Source of the DNA: the human T2T-CHM13v2.0 reference genome, Homo sapiens
Assembly: GCF_009914755.1 (NCBI RefSeq)
Contig: NC_060932.1
DNA length: 64,000 nt
Direction: 5' to 3' (one strand)
The notes beneath the pieces are model-generated. The model was not told the origin of the DNA. It did no database searches and was given only the letters and a program-made list of their open reading frames with translations. The first letter of the stretch is position 1; every line of letters begins with the position of its first letter. The translations under genes were made by a program, and so were the position numbers. Shown here piece by piece: positions 1 through 15,567 of this stretch.

Positions 1-598
1 TTTGGAGCCCCCACACAGAGGCCCCACTGGGGCACAGCCTAGTGGAGCTGTGAGAAGAGGGACACTGTCCTCCAGACCCCAGAATGGTAGATCCGCCAAC
101 AGCTTACACACCATGCGCTTGTAAAAGCCATAGGCATTCAATGTCAGTCTGTGAAAGAAGCCACAGGGGCTCTACCCTGCAGAGCCACAGGAGTGGAGCT
201 CCACAAGGCTGTGGGAGCCCAGCCCTTGCATCAACATGCTCTGGATGTGAGACATGGAATCAAAGGAGATTTTGGAGCTTTATGATTTAATGACTTGCCT
301 AGCCAGGTTTTGGACTTGTAAGGGGCCTGTGGCCCCTTTGTTTTGGCCAATTTCTCCCATTTAGAATGGGAACATTTACTCAATGCCTATACTCCCATTG
401 TATCTAGGAAGTAACTAACTTGCTTTTGATTTTACAGGCTCATAGGTAGAAGGGACTTGCTTTGTCTTAGATGAGACTTTGGACTTGGACTTTTGAGTTA
501 ATGCTGGAATGAGTTAAAACTTTGTGGGACTGTTGGGTAGGCATGATTGGTTTTGAAATATGAAAAGGACATGAGATTTGGGAGGGGCCGGGGTGGAA
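1..598 (+). mobile_element. MaLR (MST/THE1-type) internal region, 3' part, truncated by window edge
   Basis: Typical THE1/MST-int sequence (GGAGCTGTGAGAAGAGG...GGACTTGGACTTTTGAGTTAATGCTGGAATGAG), ending in the polypurine tract GATTTGGGAGGGGCCGGGGTGGAA immediately before an LTR. Confidence 0.85.
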
Positions 599-963
599 CG
601 ATATGGTTTGACTCTGTGTCCCCACTCAAATCTCATATCAAATTGTAATCCCCACGTGCCAAGGGATGGACCTGGTGGGAGGTGATTGGATCATGGGGCA
701 GTTTCCCCCCTGCTGTTCTCATGATAGTGAGTGAGTTCTCATGAGAGCTGATGGTTTTAAACTGTGGCACTTCCTCACTCTCTCACTCTCTCTCCTGCTG
801 CCATGTAAGACTTGCCTGCTTTTCCTTCACTTTCCACCATGATTGTAAGTTTCCTGAGACCTCCCCAGCCACGTGAAACTGTGAGTCAATTAAACCTCTT
901 TTGTTTATATATTCCCCAGTCTCAGGTAGTCTTTTTATAGCAGTGTGAGAACAAACTAATACA
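599..963 (+). mobile_element. MaLR 3' LTR (MSTA/THE1D-like)
   Basis: Starts (C/T)GATATGGTTTG..CTGTGTCCCCAC; contains CCATGATTGTAAGTTTCCTGAG and AATTAAACCTCTT; ends CTAATACA. Confidence 0.85.
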
Positions 964-1037
964 GCTGCTTCACCTATTTATTATCCAGAATTGTAAAATG
1001 GCAGAATTCAATTCAAATATTTTTAAAGCATCTCCCA

Positions 1038-1778
1038 AAGTTTGGATATTTGTCCCCTCCAAACATCATGTTGAAAGTGGATCCCCAGTGTTGGAGATGA
1101 GGCTGAGTTGGAGGTGTTGGCATCATGGGAGCGGATCCCTCCTGAATAGATTTATGTCCTCACTGTGGGGAAGGGGAAGTGAATGAGTTTTTGCTCTATT
1201 GGTTCCCATAAGAGCTGGTTGTTAAAAAGAGCCTGCCATTTCTTCCCCACCTTGCTTCCTGTCTTGCCATGTGACCTCTGTACATGCCAGCTCCCCTTCA
1301 CCTTCCACCATGAGTGGAAATAGCCTGAGGTTTACACCAGATGCTCAGCGTTCCAGCCAGCAGAGTTGTGAGCCAAATAAACCTTTTTTATTTATAAATT
1401 ATCCCATTTCAGTTATTTCTTTTTCTTTTCTTTTACTTTTTTTCTTGAGACAAGGTCTCACTCTGTCACCCAGGCTGTAGTGTAGTGGGATGATCACAGC
1501 TCACTATAGCCTTGACCACCTGGGCTCAGATGATCCGCTCACCTCAGTCTCGTGGGTAGCTGGGACTACAGGCATACGCCACTAGGCCTGGCTAATTTTT
1601 TGTATTTGTTGTAGAGATGGAATTTTACCATAGCGCCCAGGCTGGTCTCAAACTCCTGGGCTCAAGTTATCCTCCCACATTGGCCTCTCAAACTGCTGGG
1701 ATTACAAGTGTGAGCCACCATGCCTGGCCAGGTATTTCTTTAAAACAATGCAAAATAGGCTAAGAATAGCACATAGTG
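1038..1778 (+). mobile_element. MaLR LTR (MSTB/C/D-like) split by an Alu
   Basis: GTTTGGATATTTGTCCCCTCCAAA...GGATCCCTC...GAGCCAAATAAACC; the LTR end (GGTATTTCTTT...CTAAGA) resumes after the Alu at 1730. Confidence 0.75.
1421..1729 (-). mobile_element. AluJ-type SINE
   Basis: Reverse-complement Alu dimer with J-type motifs (GGTCTCACTCTGTCACC, CTCACTATAGCCTTGACC, GGGCTCAAG); TSD AG(T/G)TATTTCTT at 1411-1421 and 1730-1740. Confidence 0.92.
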
Positions 1779-3323
1779 TGTACCTTACACTATAGTACAA
1801 GTTTCTGTCTGCGAGTATCTGGGATGGGGGAGAAAAAGATATATACATTTATTTACATTTTAAGGTCCTGTCAGAACTATTTCTTTCAGGATGCATTCAG
1901 CTTTAATGTATCAAGGGAAAGAGAGTAGGTTTGATGACTTGTTATGTAAAACATTATGTGTGTATTGTATAAAATTTTACCCAGGTATAGATAACTATCC
2001 AATCAGGAATTACAGTTAAATACAAATCTGACATTATTTTGGGGAAGCCTATATTTCAGAGGCATCTAGTATAAGTGCTTCTGTTATTCAGAATCTTTGC
2101 TAATTAACATAAATTGATGATAGAAATATACTCTCTTGTTGAAATAAATTGATTAAATTTCCATTCAATATGAGTGGATTGGCTAAAATATTTGAAAGAT
2201 ACACCCTACTTTTGTGTGAAATCGGCATAATAACTGAGACTTGGAGCCTAGGTTGGATGTTTACACCTTGATTTCTAAATTGTCTTGGGTTTAGTCACTG
2301 TAGGATGACAGAATACTCCTTCCAGAAAAATGTTGTGGTTTCCCCAAGTGACCTTTTATACAATGTATGGTTGCAACACTTAAAAAAAGACAGAGAGCTG
2401 AGACTTCTTTGTGCTTACAGAACCAGTTGTATAAAACCTTTTTGTGCTTGCATAAAATAAAACTTTAATAAATATGTCTGTGTTGCAAAATTTGATCACA
2501 ACTGGATGGCAAAATTGTGGTGGATTGTCTAATCTCCAACCAAGGTTAAGAGTTTGCATGATCAAATTTATCTCAGTTAACAATAGAGTTTGTATTATGG
2601 CCTTCAATTCCATCTTCCTTTAATTCAATTTTGGGCCAGGGGTCACTTCACCAGTGGTCAGCCCCTGGAACTCCTAACCATGTCTGTTTTGTTAGGAGGC
2701 AGCCCCTCCAAGTGGCTGTTAATAAGGAAGTCAAGGTGAGCCAGCCACATTGCTCTCCATTGCTCCATATTCCCCTGCAGCAGCCGCATCTAAGGTTTCA
2801 TGGGTATATCAGACCATATTGATGAGTTGGGGTTAACTAAACACAGTGACAATGTTAAACAGGAAAAAATAGTAAGTGACCTGACATGGCTGCGCACATA
2901 GGTTGTGGACACTTTAAAAATAATGCTCCATAAAATATCTCTTTCACTGGTAAGGTTCTACATGGACACACCAACTTGCCTTATTATCCTACTGTATGTC
3001 CCTGTCATTCAACCTGTCCACTCTGAGTCTTTACCCTCCACCTTCCACCACCCATTATTTACACACATCTTTTTGGCCGTAGTGTTTATTGTCACATTTG
3101 CAGGATATATTGAAACAGAGTAATCCTCAGCAATGCATTTCCTAAATTCTGGCATTTTCTAATCTGAAACACAGGCTTGTTCTATTTCTCCATTCTGTTT
3201 AGAACAAAGGTCAATTCCTATCCAATGCCCAGGCCACATTTCAAGCCAACCAAATCAGAATTTCTGAGGGTAGAACCATGAATTTTTTAAGCCCCCCAGG
3301 CCACAGTTAAGAACCACTGTTCT

Positions 3324-3670
<347 letters not shown>

Positions 3671-4409
3671 TTAAGTACAAGACCATATACATTTCCTAGA
3701 AGCAAACATGAAGTCTCAGACACAGTATAGTCTAAATATGTTGCATGACAAATACATAATTTCCTAATTGTAAAATAATTTAAACAATTGTCTCTTCCCA
3801 TACTAAATATAACACCTTACCTTATTACAAGCAGAAGTTCTGGTTTCTGTTTGTTAATTGAATTATTGATTTCAGATTGTACCTTAGTGGCCTTTGGTAC
3901 ATTAAAGAACAACAAAAAAACAAGTTCAGAATCTACCTGCAGTTTATTGAGATTTTAAAATCAAAATACCTTCATTATCTTATTTTTGCTATTTAATGTT
4001 TTACTTTTGAATCAAATTATATACTCACATAATTTAAAGGGTTAAATTGTTTTAGAATTATTTATTGAGAAACAGCTACTTTATGTCCCTTGTCTTATTT
4101 TCTTTTCTCACAGTAAAACATTTTTATAGTTTCTGCTTCATTTACTGAGTGCTGTGACACACATTTCAGCTCCTTTTGTCATCTTGTTCTCTCCTTACTG
4201 AGCCCTGGGCTCTCTACATTTGCTCACATTTGTAAGTTGATAGATTCATTAGGTTAAGTAACTTGGTGCTGAATTTTGATCATAGTTTTCATTTATTGTG
4301 ATGGATTGTTTTCTTGAAGGCGTTCTTAAGTAAACTTTTGTTTTTTCTTTTATCTTCTTATTTTTTTCCTTCCTTCTTTGTTTATGTCTTGTGCTGCTTC
4401 CTTTAAAAA

Positions 4410-4572
4410 ATTATTGAGGTGAAATTCATAGAACATAAAATTAATCACTTTAAAATTTACAGTTCAATGTTATGTAGTACATTCACAAGATTGTGGAACC
4501 ATATCTTTATCTTGTTCTACCACATCTTCTCCCCAAAAGGAATCTTGTTGCCCACCAAGCAGTCTCATTACC
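4410..4572 (-). mobile_element. Old L1 (L1MB-like) 3' end fragment
   Basis: TTATTGAGGTGAAATTCA...TAGTACATTCACAAGATTGTG matches the reverse complement of L1M 3' UTR termini. Confidence 0.65.
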
Positions 4573-4596
4573 TTTTGGTAAGACAAAATACTTATC

Positions 4597-5190
4597 ATAT
4601 TAGCTACCTATTGCTGTGTAACAAATGGCTGAAACATAGCGACTTCAACCAACAATCATTTCTTAGTCTTACAGTTTTTGAGAGTCAACAATCAAGACAT
4701 GGCCTAGACTTCAACTTAGCATTTTGCACAAGGCTCTGCTCAAGGTGTCAGGAGCTGCTGTTGTGTCAAAGCTTGACTTAGAAGGAGTCCCTTTCTAAGC
4801 TCGCTCATGTGGGTGTTGGCAGGATTCATTTTCTTGCAGGCTGTTGGACTAGCGGCCTCTGTTCCTTGCTAGGTTTTGGCCAGATGCCGGCCTCAATTTC
4901 ATGCTGTGGACCTTTCCACAGGGAAGCTCACATCAGGACAGTTGGCTCCGTCAGAACAAGTGAGGAAAAAATAGAAGAGAGAAAGACAGAGACAGAGACA
5001 AGACAGCCAGCAAGTCTTTTTGTAACCAGTCTTGGAAGTGACATCACGTCATGTTGTCCCTATTTTATTTGTGAAAAGCCATCACTAAGGTCCAGCCCAT
5101 ACTAAAAGAGAGAGGATTACACAACGGCATGAGTCAGCAATGTGCTGAGAATTGGGGATCCCTAGGGGGTATCTCAGAGGCTGCCTACCA
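4597..5190 (-). mobile_element. MLT1 (E/F/G-like) LTR
   Basis: TATTAGCTACCTATTGCTGTGTAACAAAT...GTTGGCAGGATTCATTTTCTTGCAGGCTGTTGGACT...GAGGCTGCCTACCA. Confidence 0.75.
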
Positions 5191-5382
5191 TGCATGGCAT
5201 TCTCCAGATTTTTTTGGTTTGGAAATGGTGGAAATTTAAGGATCTATTATCCATCTTTTGAGTAATTGTTCATAATTAGAAGGTGGTTTTGTTTTTTCCC
5301 ATTGTACCTCTAAAAGAATTTACATTAATTTAGGGGATAAAAAATTTACACAGGCAAAACACAACAATTAAGACTGAACACA

Positions 5383-5729
<347 letters not shown>

Positions 5730-6094
5730 TTAAAAAGGCAGTCAGATAGAATTGAATAATTATTATAAACCTATACCCAAATGACTGTCTCCGTAAATCC
5801 ATATCCTATATCCTAGGTATGGAGCAAAAATATATTTATCATTAAGAAGAAGAAAGATCAATACTGGCTGCAGCTACTAAGGAGGGAACACACTGGAAAA
5901 CCCCTACTTAAAGGAGAAGGAACACTATGGTGGTTATTTGAGCAACAGGAAACAGATGATATTTAACATGGAGAAGACAATATTTTGTGAGTTTTGGCAG
6001 CTGTTTTGGGATTTGCCATCATGAGAGGGCTGTGATGTCTTCGTGTTTCCCTGGCGGTGGACATGGAACCTCAGAGTAGAAAGAGCTTCTTGAA

Positions 6095-6255
6095 GATCTA
6101 GGTTGTGTATCCTGCATCCTATCCCACCCCACCCCAGCCAACTAATTATGTAGCTTTGAGTAACTTACCTAACATCTTTAGGTTTCCATTTTCCTGTCTG
6201 GAAATTGTGAAAATCACTGCATATATCTCAAAGAGTTGTTACAATAATAAACTTG
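6095..6255 (+). mobile_element. MIR fragment
   Basis: Degenerate MIR core (AACTTACCTAACATCTTTAGGTTTCCATTTTCCTGTCTGGAAATTG...AGAGTTGTT). Confidence 0.55.
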
Positions 6256-6427
6256 TAGTAGAAGTTTAAGGATACATTATACTATATTTGCTTATACTTA
6301 ATGAGGACTAAGAGTTGGAAACATTTAGAGGGGTTACGTTTTGCCTTAAAATTAAGAGGCATTAAGTATTAAGCCAATAGTGGTTAGCTTTTCACTTAAT
6401 ATTGGGAAGAATTATCACAGTTTGGAG

Positions 6428-6628
6428 TAGAAGTTAGCAAACTCTGTCAGGTGGGATTTTGCCCACGGCCTGTTGTTGTATGGACTGTTAGTGAGGCATG
6501 GTTTTTATACTTTTAAAGTGTTTTTGATGAAGTAGCAGCAATAGAAGTTGCAGTGGAGACTGTCCATGGCCCACAAAGTCAAAACTATTTGCTATCTGAC
6601 CCTTTACGAAAAATGTTTGCCAAACCTG
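6428..6628 (+). mobile_element. MER58-like hAT-Charlie MITE
   Basis: Left end ..GTTAGCAAACT, right end GGCCCACAAAGTCAAAACTATTTGCTATCTGACCCTTTACGAAAAATGTTTGCC..CCTG. Confidence 0.7.
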
Positions 6629-7184
6629 AAAATCTTTCTCAAAATGAGACGGCATCCTTGGGGAGTGAGTGGGTTTTCTATCAATTGAGAAGGCAGTAGA
6701 ATGAGGATGATGTAGGAAGAAATGAAGTTGTGTAAAAAGAATTCAAACCCTAGAGGACAACTGAAGAAATATCTTCTGAAGTCCTTCTCAACCATAAGAT
6801 TCTACCAGTTTGTGGCTGCCCATTCTGTATTTTGAAAGCTCTGGTTATTAGAGAGATCTTCCTTATATTGAGCAAACTCTTTCTTTGTAAATTCTATTCA
6901 TGCCTGTTTTCTTTGCTACCTTTGTTCTTTGTTGTCTCTTGGAAGCTGCTGTCAGAAAAGTGTTTGGAGAAAATGAGGCTTAGGTCATCTTTGCTGTCTT
7001 GAAACCAGATTAGTCCATATTTTATGACAAAATGTTAAACAGGCATAGTGTTGACAGTGGTGAAGGGACAGAGGCAAATAAGAGGACTCTCTTCCTGTTA
7101 ATAAAAATAAAAATAAGAAATAGTGTCCTGAACTTGTTTAGCTTTTAATCCTGATACATGGCACTAAGACATTATAGCCATAAC

Positions 7185-7470
7185 AACAAAAATTTACTGA
7201 GCATCTATGTACAAGACACTGCATATATATTATTTAATTCAATCCTTACAAAAGCACTATGAGGTACCAATGATTTTATCACAACAGTAATTGAACATAA
7301 TAACAGAAAAACCTACATCTGATGAGATAGGTACTATTATTATCTCCATTTTACAAGTCAAAAGATGAGGTTTAGAAGCATTAATAAACTTGTCTTAAGT
7401 AAGTGAGCAGCAGGCTCTGAAGTGAAGCCTTGGCCTGCATACCCCAAAGCCCATTCTCCTACCCACCACG
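7185..7470 (-). mobile_element. MIR fragment(s)
   Basis: ATTTACTGAGC...TTTAATTCAATCCTTACAA...TATTATTATCTCCATTTTACAAG...GAGGTTTAG. Confidence 0.6.
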
Positions 7471-9463
7471 ATGTTCAACACATGGACTTTCTATTTGTGG
7501 CAATTATGAGTAAGGTGAACACTGCTGCTCCAAAACCTCTTCCCTCCCTTTACTGGTAATATAAAATCCAGTTGTCTCATTTTACATATTTTCCCCCTCT
7601 AAGCTATTAGAAGGAGTAGGGCCCCTCACACACTGTTTTTTTCTGAGTGCCTAAAACATGATGGGTATTTTTTTACTGTTTATTTTTATTATCTATCTCT
7701 ATGTTCATAGGGAAATGGATTGGTATGAAACCCAACCTTCTTCCTGTGCTGTCTTTGGCCAAAGAGCAATGGTTTTTAGGTCTCCCGGCATGTGTAATGA
7801 ATATTTTTTAACGAAAATATTATCCTGAAGCTACCTGAATCTATTATGTGTGGTAGCATTCCATATTCCCTCCCGTCTGTGTTTCTGCTTCTCTGAAATT
7901 TGACTCTTCTGCATTTCTTTGCTACTCAGAAGAAAGTCTGTGTCTTTTTGTTGTTATTTACCTCATCTTAAAAGTCATCATATGCATTGGGGACATTTAT
8001 TAATTTTTTTTAAAAGATGGCTTTTCCAGGATCATTATTAGCACAACAGTGAAAATGACACCCCCCCTCCAAAAAAAAGGTGGGCATACAACAATAATGT
8101 TTCCTTTTTAATGTTCTATAACCTGGAGATATGAATTTAGCTAAAGAATGGAAAAATTCTTGACTAGGCATTGAGGTCATGGAGTAAGATTGAGATGAAG
8201 GAGATTTTTTTTTTTCAAGTGTTGTTGATGGAGGTCAGGCATAGGAGGCTGATGCCCCAGAAGGAGTGTTTCTCTGGTACCAACCCTAGGTATTCTCCAT
8301 GGGTTTGGAATAAACTGGGTCTGAGCAGTCAAGGTGGGTTTCATGTCATTCCAAATCAGCTATTTAAACTCACTGTCCCAGAAGCTTGAATCTTTAAGAG
8401 ACCACAAAGATACTGAGCCATTCCCAAGGTGGCCTGAAGAAGAAGCTGTCCGTTAGTTCCAGGTTTACTTCTGGGTGGCAAAGCCAAATGGACTTATGTG
8501 CACTTGCCTTGGCTTGAGGATAGGGAAGGCCTTGATCGATAGAGCAAACAAGACCTTAGAACATGAAGAAATTAGAGGCAGGTTGAAGCTACCAGAAGAA
8601 GAGGGTATGCTGCCCAGGCAAGAAACCACACACGCCCTGAAGCAAGCACAGTTGCTTAGTGGTGTTACTAATCCTCATCCTAACCTAGGCTGGGACATAT
8701 CTTATTACTTATTTATATTAAATCACAGATTTCTACCTCACCATCTTCCTGATGTGCTTGTGTTTACCTTCCCTGGAATGGGTGGTGACACTCCCTTATG
8801 AGTCAATGCAATGTCTTCTACATGTCTATGTTTTGAAGGAGATAATATCTGCTTATAGCAACGAGAAATAAAATATGAATAAGGATGATTACAAGCCAGT
8901 AGATCCTCAAGTATTAAAATGTGTGTGAATTCATTGGGGCTGAAGATTTGAGAGAGGTGATATCTGATGTAAGTGAAAGATGAGTCCTGGCTTCATGGGA
9001 ATGAGATGGAGGTTTGCTACAGCAAATTCTTTCAATTTTGCCATTCTTATTCTGAATCCTGTGTGTTCTATGATTTTGTCTGAGTTAAAATTCATTTAGC
9101 AGCCTATTGAGTTGCCAATTTGCTTAAGGCGTCTCAAGGTGTCTTTTTCAACATATGTACTTTCTCTATCTCACATGGCCTTCATTTTTCTTCCCCAGGA
9201 CCACTTTGCTTTATTAACATTCCTTAATCCATTAATACAAAAGTCTGGGATTACTTCTACTGAATTTCTTTCAGGCCAATCATTTTGGGATAATCGTGTT
9301 CCTTCATAATCCTCAAATGCTCCATGCAAATATCTACTACTGCATTTATTATGCATTTTTATAATTTCCTGTTTATATATTTACTTCTTCCAATTATTCT
9401 GTGGCTCATTCTTCTTTTTACAGATAAAAATAGAATGTTTTTAAAGGCCTCAGACTGAAGTAA

Positions 9464-9798
<335 letters not shown>

Positions 9799-9854
9799 AA
9801 GACCAGTTTAAGATAAACTAGCACATGATCACATAACTGACTCATGTTACATCG

Positions 9855-10170
9855 TCTAAGAAACCAGACACAAAAGGCCATTTGTTGTAAGACTGCATTG
9901 ATATGAAATATCCAGAATTGGAAAATCCATATAAACAAAAACCAAATTATTGGTTGCCAAAGGCTTGAGGAAGAGGGAAATGGGGAGTGATTGCTTAATG
10001 AGTATGGAGTTTCCATTTGGGGTGATGAAAAATTCTAGAACTAGGTAGTGGTGATGGCTACACAACATTGTAAATGAGCTTAATGACACCAAAGTGTACA
10101 CTTGAAAATGGTTACATGGTAAATTTTATTTTATGTGTATTTTGCCACAGTAAAAATAAACCTAAAAAGA
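9855..10170 (+). mobile_element. L1MB-like 3' UTR
   Basis: AAGAAACCAGACACAAAAGGCCA...GGGGTGATGAAAAATTCTAGAACTAG...GGTAAATTTTATTTTATGTGTATTTTGCCACA plus A-rich tail. Confidence 0.8.
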
Positions 10171-11089
10171 AGTAAGTGAAAATACAAACAACAGTAAAGT
10201 CTGGTTAGAATGTTCTGACTTCTTTTGCTTCTCTGGGTTCCAAATCTTTGGCCTTCTATGGTGGGTCCATAACCTGCAGACTCTCCATAATGATTTTCTT
10301 CTCTATCTAAGTCCCCATATGGAATAAAAAGGCAGAGAGGATTTCTGTACAAGGAAAATGCGGTTAAATACTACCATAACCAGGTAACTTATTAAACACA
10401 ACTAGAGATGGTTTTATTTTCTTTCTATTTACAACTATTTTAATTTACAAAATAACAGCTGTTTTCAAACAAAAAGGGACAAGTGCATGAAGTAAAATAA
10501 AAGTCATGTTAAGAATCTCTCATGACTAAGACAAAACTATATATAACCAAATTGGAGTTTTATTATTCATTTTCTGTGCATACAAACTGCATTCCCTTGC
10601 TTCTCTTGCAGTTAGGGGAGGTAATGTGTAATTGCATTGTGGCCAAAGGGGTGTTAGTGAAAGTAATGCAACCCAATTCTAAGGCTGCCATTAAAATGCC
10701 TGCACAGTCAGCATGTTCTCTTTGCCTTCTGCAATAATTTTGAAGGCAATATGCTTTAAATAGTAGGGTTAGAAGGAACCTGAATCTAACGTCACTGCTT
10801 GGAAGTGAGCTGCTAAGGAGAGCCGGGGAACTTGCATAAGACTGTTGATATGCATGAAAGAAAACTTATATTGTTATATCATTAAGCTTCTGAAATTCAG
10901 GACCTATTTGTTATCACAGCATAACCTCTCATATTTTGATTCATTTATCTCTCAATCTTATTCATTGGAGGTAACTACTGTATATCAATGTTTTTTTTTT
11001 TCAATCAAAGTATAGAAATTTTCCATGCCATGTCTATTCCTATTCCTTTCAGATCTCAGATCTAGTTTGAGTGACCCAGTTACACTAAT

Positions 11090-11522
11090 AGCCTATGTGC
11101 TTTCCTAGATCAGATAAGGGAATCCCATACCCCTAGCTTGATATTTGCTTAGGAATATGTATGTGATGTGATTCTGGCCAAAGGGAAATGAGAAGAAGTC
11201 TAACAGAGGTTTCCTGGAAAGGTGTTTCCATAGGTTAAAAAAATGTTTTTCTTCTGTTGCTCAATATTGTTATGAAGCCTGTATTTGTGGAACCATATAC
11301 TGATGAGTGGAGTTATTGTGAGAACAGTTTATATGCCAAGTAGAGGAAACTGATGGAAGTAACCATTATTCTTCAAGAATCATTGAATTAATACATTAAT
11401 CAACTCTTGAAATATATTTTGCCTATGACGTTTTTGACAGATGCAATAATAAAATGTTCTTGTTTTTCACCCATTGTAAATTTTTTCCTGTTACTTGCAG
11501 CCCAAAGCATCTTAAGAAATAT
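11090..11522 (+). mobile_element. ERVL LTR (LTR33/LTR16-like), degenerate
   Basis: TTCTGGCCAAAGGGAAATGAGAAGAAGTC...GTTACTTGCAGCCCAAAGCATCTTAA. Confidence 0.5.
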
Positions 11523-12284
11523 TGATATTTAAATTGTTCCCAATAATTGTAATATTTCAAATAATATTGCAGCAAACATCATTGTACATTTTTTGTTATG
11601 TCCATAATTTTTTTTTGTAATTGTATTTCTGGGTCACAGAGTCTAAGTATTTAAATTCTTGGGTAAATAGGTAAAACATAAAATTTATGTTTTGTGCTTT
11701 CACATTTCTTTTTGATACTATTTATACTGAAGCCAGCAATTGGAAAAACAGATCTATATAAGTCAAGCACTATTTTTCCCCCATTGTACTATGATGTCTT
11801 CTCTTGAGCTTAAAAAAATGTAGGACTCGAAAAAATGTCTTCAGGTGTTTTTATCACATAATTTTCTTCTACAAAACTGACTCAACCACCAGCATTATCA
11901 GGAAAACTTTTCATAATGTTTGTGGGTTAGGTCCATATGTTTTTTGAGACATTGATCAATTCAGTGATGGCTTTGTTCCATTTATCACCAGGACTTATTT
12001 GTTAGGGACTTACCTTGTTGAATTCCTCCCTGTTTGAATAGTCACTTCCTCCTGTCTCGGCTGGCTGGCTTTGATGTCTAGTACTGTCTGGTATTATTTT
12101 TAAGATGAGTGTGGGAAGAAAAGAGGAAATGTGTCTGCATATTGCACCAACCTCTGATCCATGAGTACTTTTCTACTTCTGAATTTTAAGATGTAGTTCA
12201 CCAGAGGTTTAAGTTTCTTTTCATTCTAATCCCAATTTGAGCCCTGTCTAATATCCTTTTCTTAAGTAAACATTCATAATAGCC

Positions 12285-12420
12285 AAAAAACAAACAAACA
12301 AACAAACAAAAAAACACCTTTCATTTGAAGACTAAAAAGCCTTGAAAATAGGATCTGGAAAAACCCTAATCAAAGAATCTTCAGAGCTGCTGCGTTTTTG
12401 TTGTTGTTGTTGTTGTTTTT
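12285..12420. repeat. (AAAC)n and (GTT)n microsatellites
   Basis: AAAC run at ~12287-12315 and GTT run at ~12397-12420. Confidence 0.8.
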
Positions 12421-12616
12421 CTAATTTAGCAAAGCAGGTGTGGAGTTGGGAATCTAGATTTCTAATCTTTATTCTTCCACTTAGTCACTGACTACACTTG
12501 GGCAAGTGAATTAAATGCCCTGGACAATGGGTTCTCTATATATAAAGCAGAGGAATTAACCAGAGCAACCCTAGACAAAATTGGAAAGTTGCTAGAGTTG
12601 GTCTCATGTAGTCTTT

Positions 12617-14028
12617 GTCATAATTATTATTATACCTTAACTTATGGGATACATGTGCAGAACGTGCACGTTTGTTACATAGATATATATGTGCCATGGT
12701 GGTTTGCTGCACCCATCAACCCGTCATCTACATTAGGTATTTCTCCTACTGCTATCCCTCCCCTAGCCCCCAGCTTCCCAACAGGCCCTGGTATGTGATG
12801 TTCCCCTCCCTGTGTCCATGTGTTCTCACTGTTCAGCTCCCACTTATGAGTGAGAACATGTGGTGTTTGGTTTTCTGTTCATGTGCTAGTTTGCTGAGAA
12901 TGATGGTTTCCAGCTTCCTTCATGTCTCTGCAAAGGACATGAACTCATCATTTTTTATGGCTGCATAGTGTTCCGTGGTGTATATGTGTCACATTTTCTT
13001 TATCCATTCTATCATTGATGGGCATTTGGGTTGGTTCCAAGTCTTTGCTATTGTGAACAGTGCTGCAATAAACATACATGTGCATGTGTCTTTATAATAG
13101 AATGATTTATAATCCTTTGGGTATATATCCAGTAATGGGATAGCTGGGTCAAATGGTATTTCTGGTTCTAGATCCTTGAGGAATTGCCACACTGTCTTCC
13201 ACAATGGTTGAACTAATTTACACTCTCAACAACAGTGTAAAAGTGTACCTATTTCTCCACATCTTCTCCAGCATCTGTTTCCTGACTTTTTAATGATCGC
13301 CATTCTAACGAGCATGAGATGGTATCTCATTGTGGTTTTGATTTGCGTTTATCTAGTGACCAGTGATGATGAGCTTTTTTTCATGTGTTTTTTGGCCACA
13401 TAATGTCTTCTTTTGAGAAGTGTCTGTTCACATCCTTCACCCACTTTTTGGTGTAGTTGTTTGTTTTTTTCTTGTAAATTTAAGTTCTATGTAGATTCTG
13501 CATATTAGCCCTTTGTCAGATGGATAGATTGCAAAAATGTTCTCCCATTTTGTAGGTTGCCTCTTCACTCTGATGATAGTTTCTTTTGCTGTGCAGAAGC
13601 TCTTTAGTTCAATTAGATCCCATTTGTCAATTTTGGCTTTTGTTGTCATTGCTTTCGGTGTTTTAGTCATGAAGTCTTTGCCCAAGCCTATGTCCTGAAT
13701 GGTATTGCCTAGGTTTTCTTCTAGAGTTTTTATGGTTTTAGGTCTTACATTTAAGTAGTTAATCCATCTTGAGTTAATTTTTGTATAAAGTATAAGGAAG
13801 GGGTCCAGTTTCAGTTTTCTGCATATGGTCAGCCAGTTTTCCCAATACCATTTATTAAATAGGGAATCCTTTCCCCATTGCTTGTTTTTGTCAGGTTTGT
13901 CAAAGATCAGATGATTGTAGATGTGTGGCATTATTTCTGAGGCCTCTGTTCTGTTCCATTGGTCTATATATCTGTTTTGGTACCAGTACCATGCTGTTTT
14001 GGCTACTGTAGCCTTGTATCATAGTTCG

Positions 14029-14031
<3 letters not shown>
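12617..14031 (-). mobile_element. L1PA (about PA5-8), non-inverted 3' segment (ORF2 C-terminus and 3' UTR)
   Basis: Minus-strand ORFs 13437-13931 (..[24 protein letters not shown]..) and 12989-13204 (..WQFLKDLEPEIPFDPAIPLL..) are L1 ORF2; L1PA 3' UTR adjoins the left TSD. Confidence 0.95.

Positions 14032-15567
<1,536 letters not shown>

Noticed and set aside
12285-12420. (AAAC)n and (GTT)n as a hairpin-forming inverted repeat
   Set aside because: The unit lengths differ; two independent microsatellites explain the pattern.
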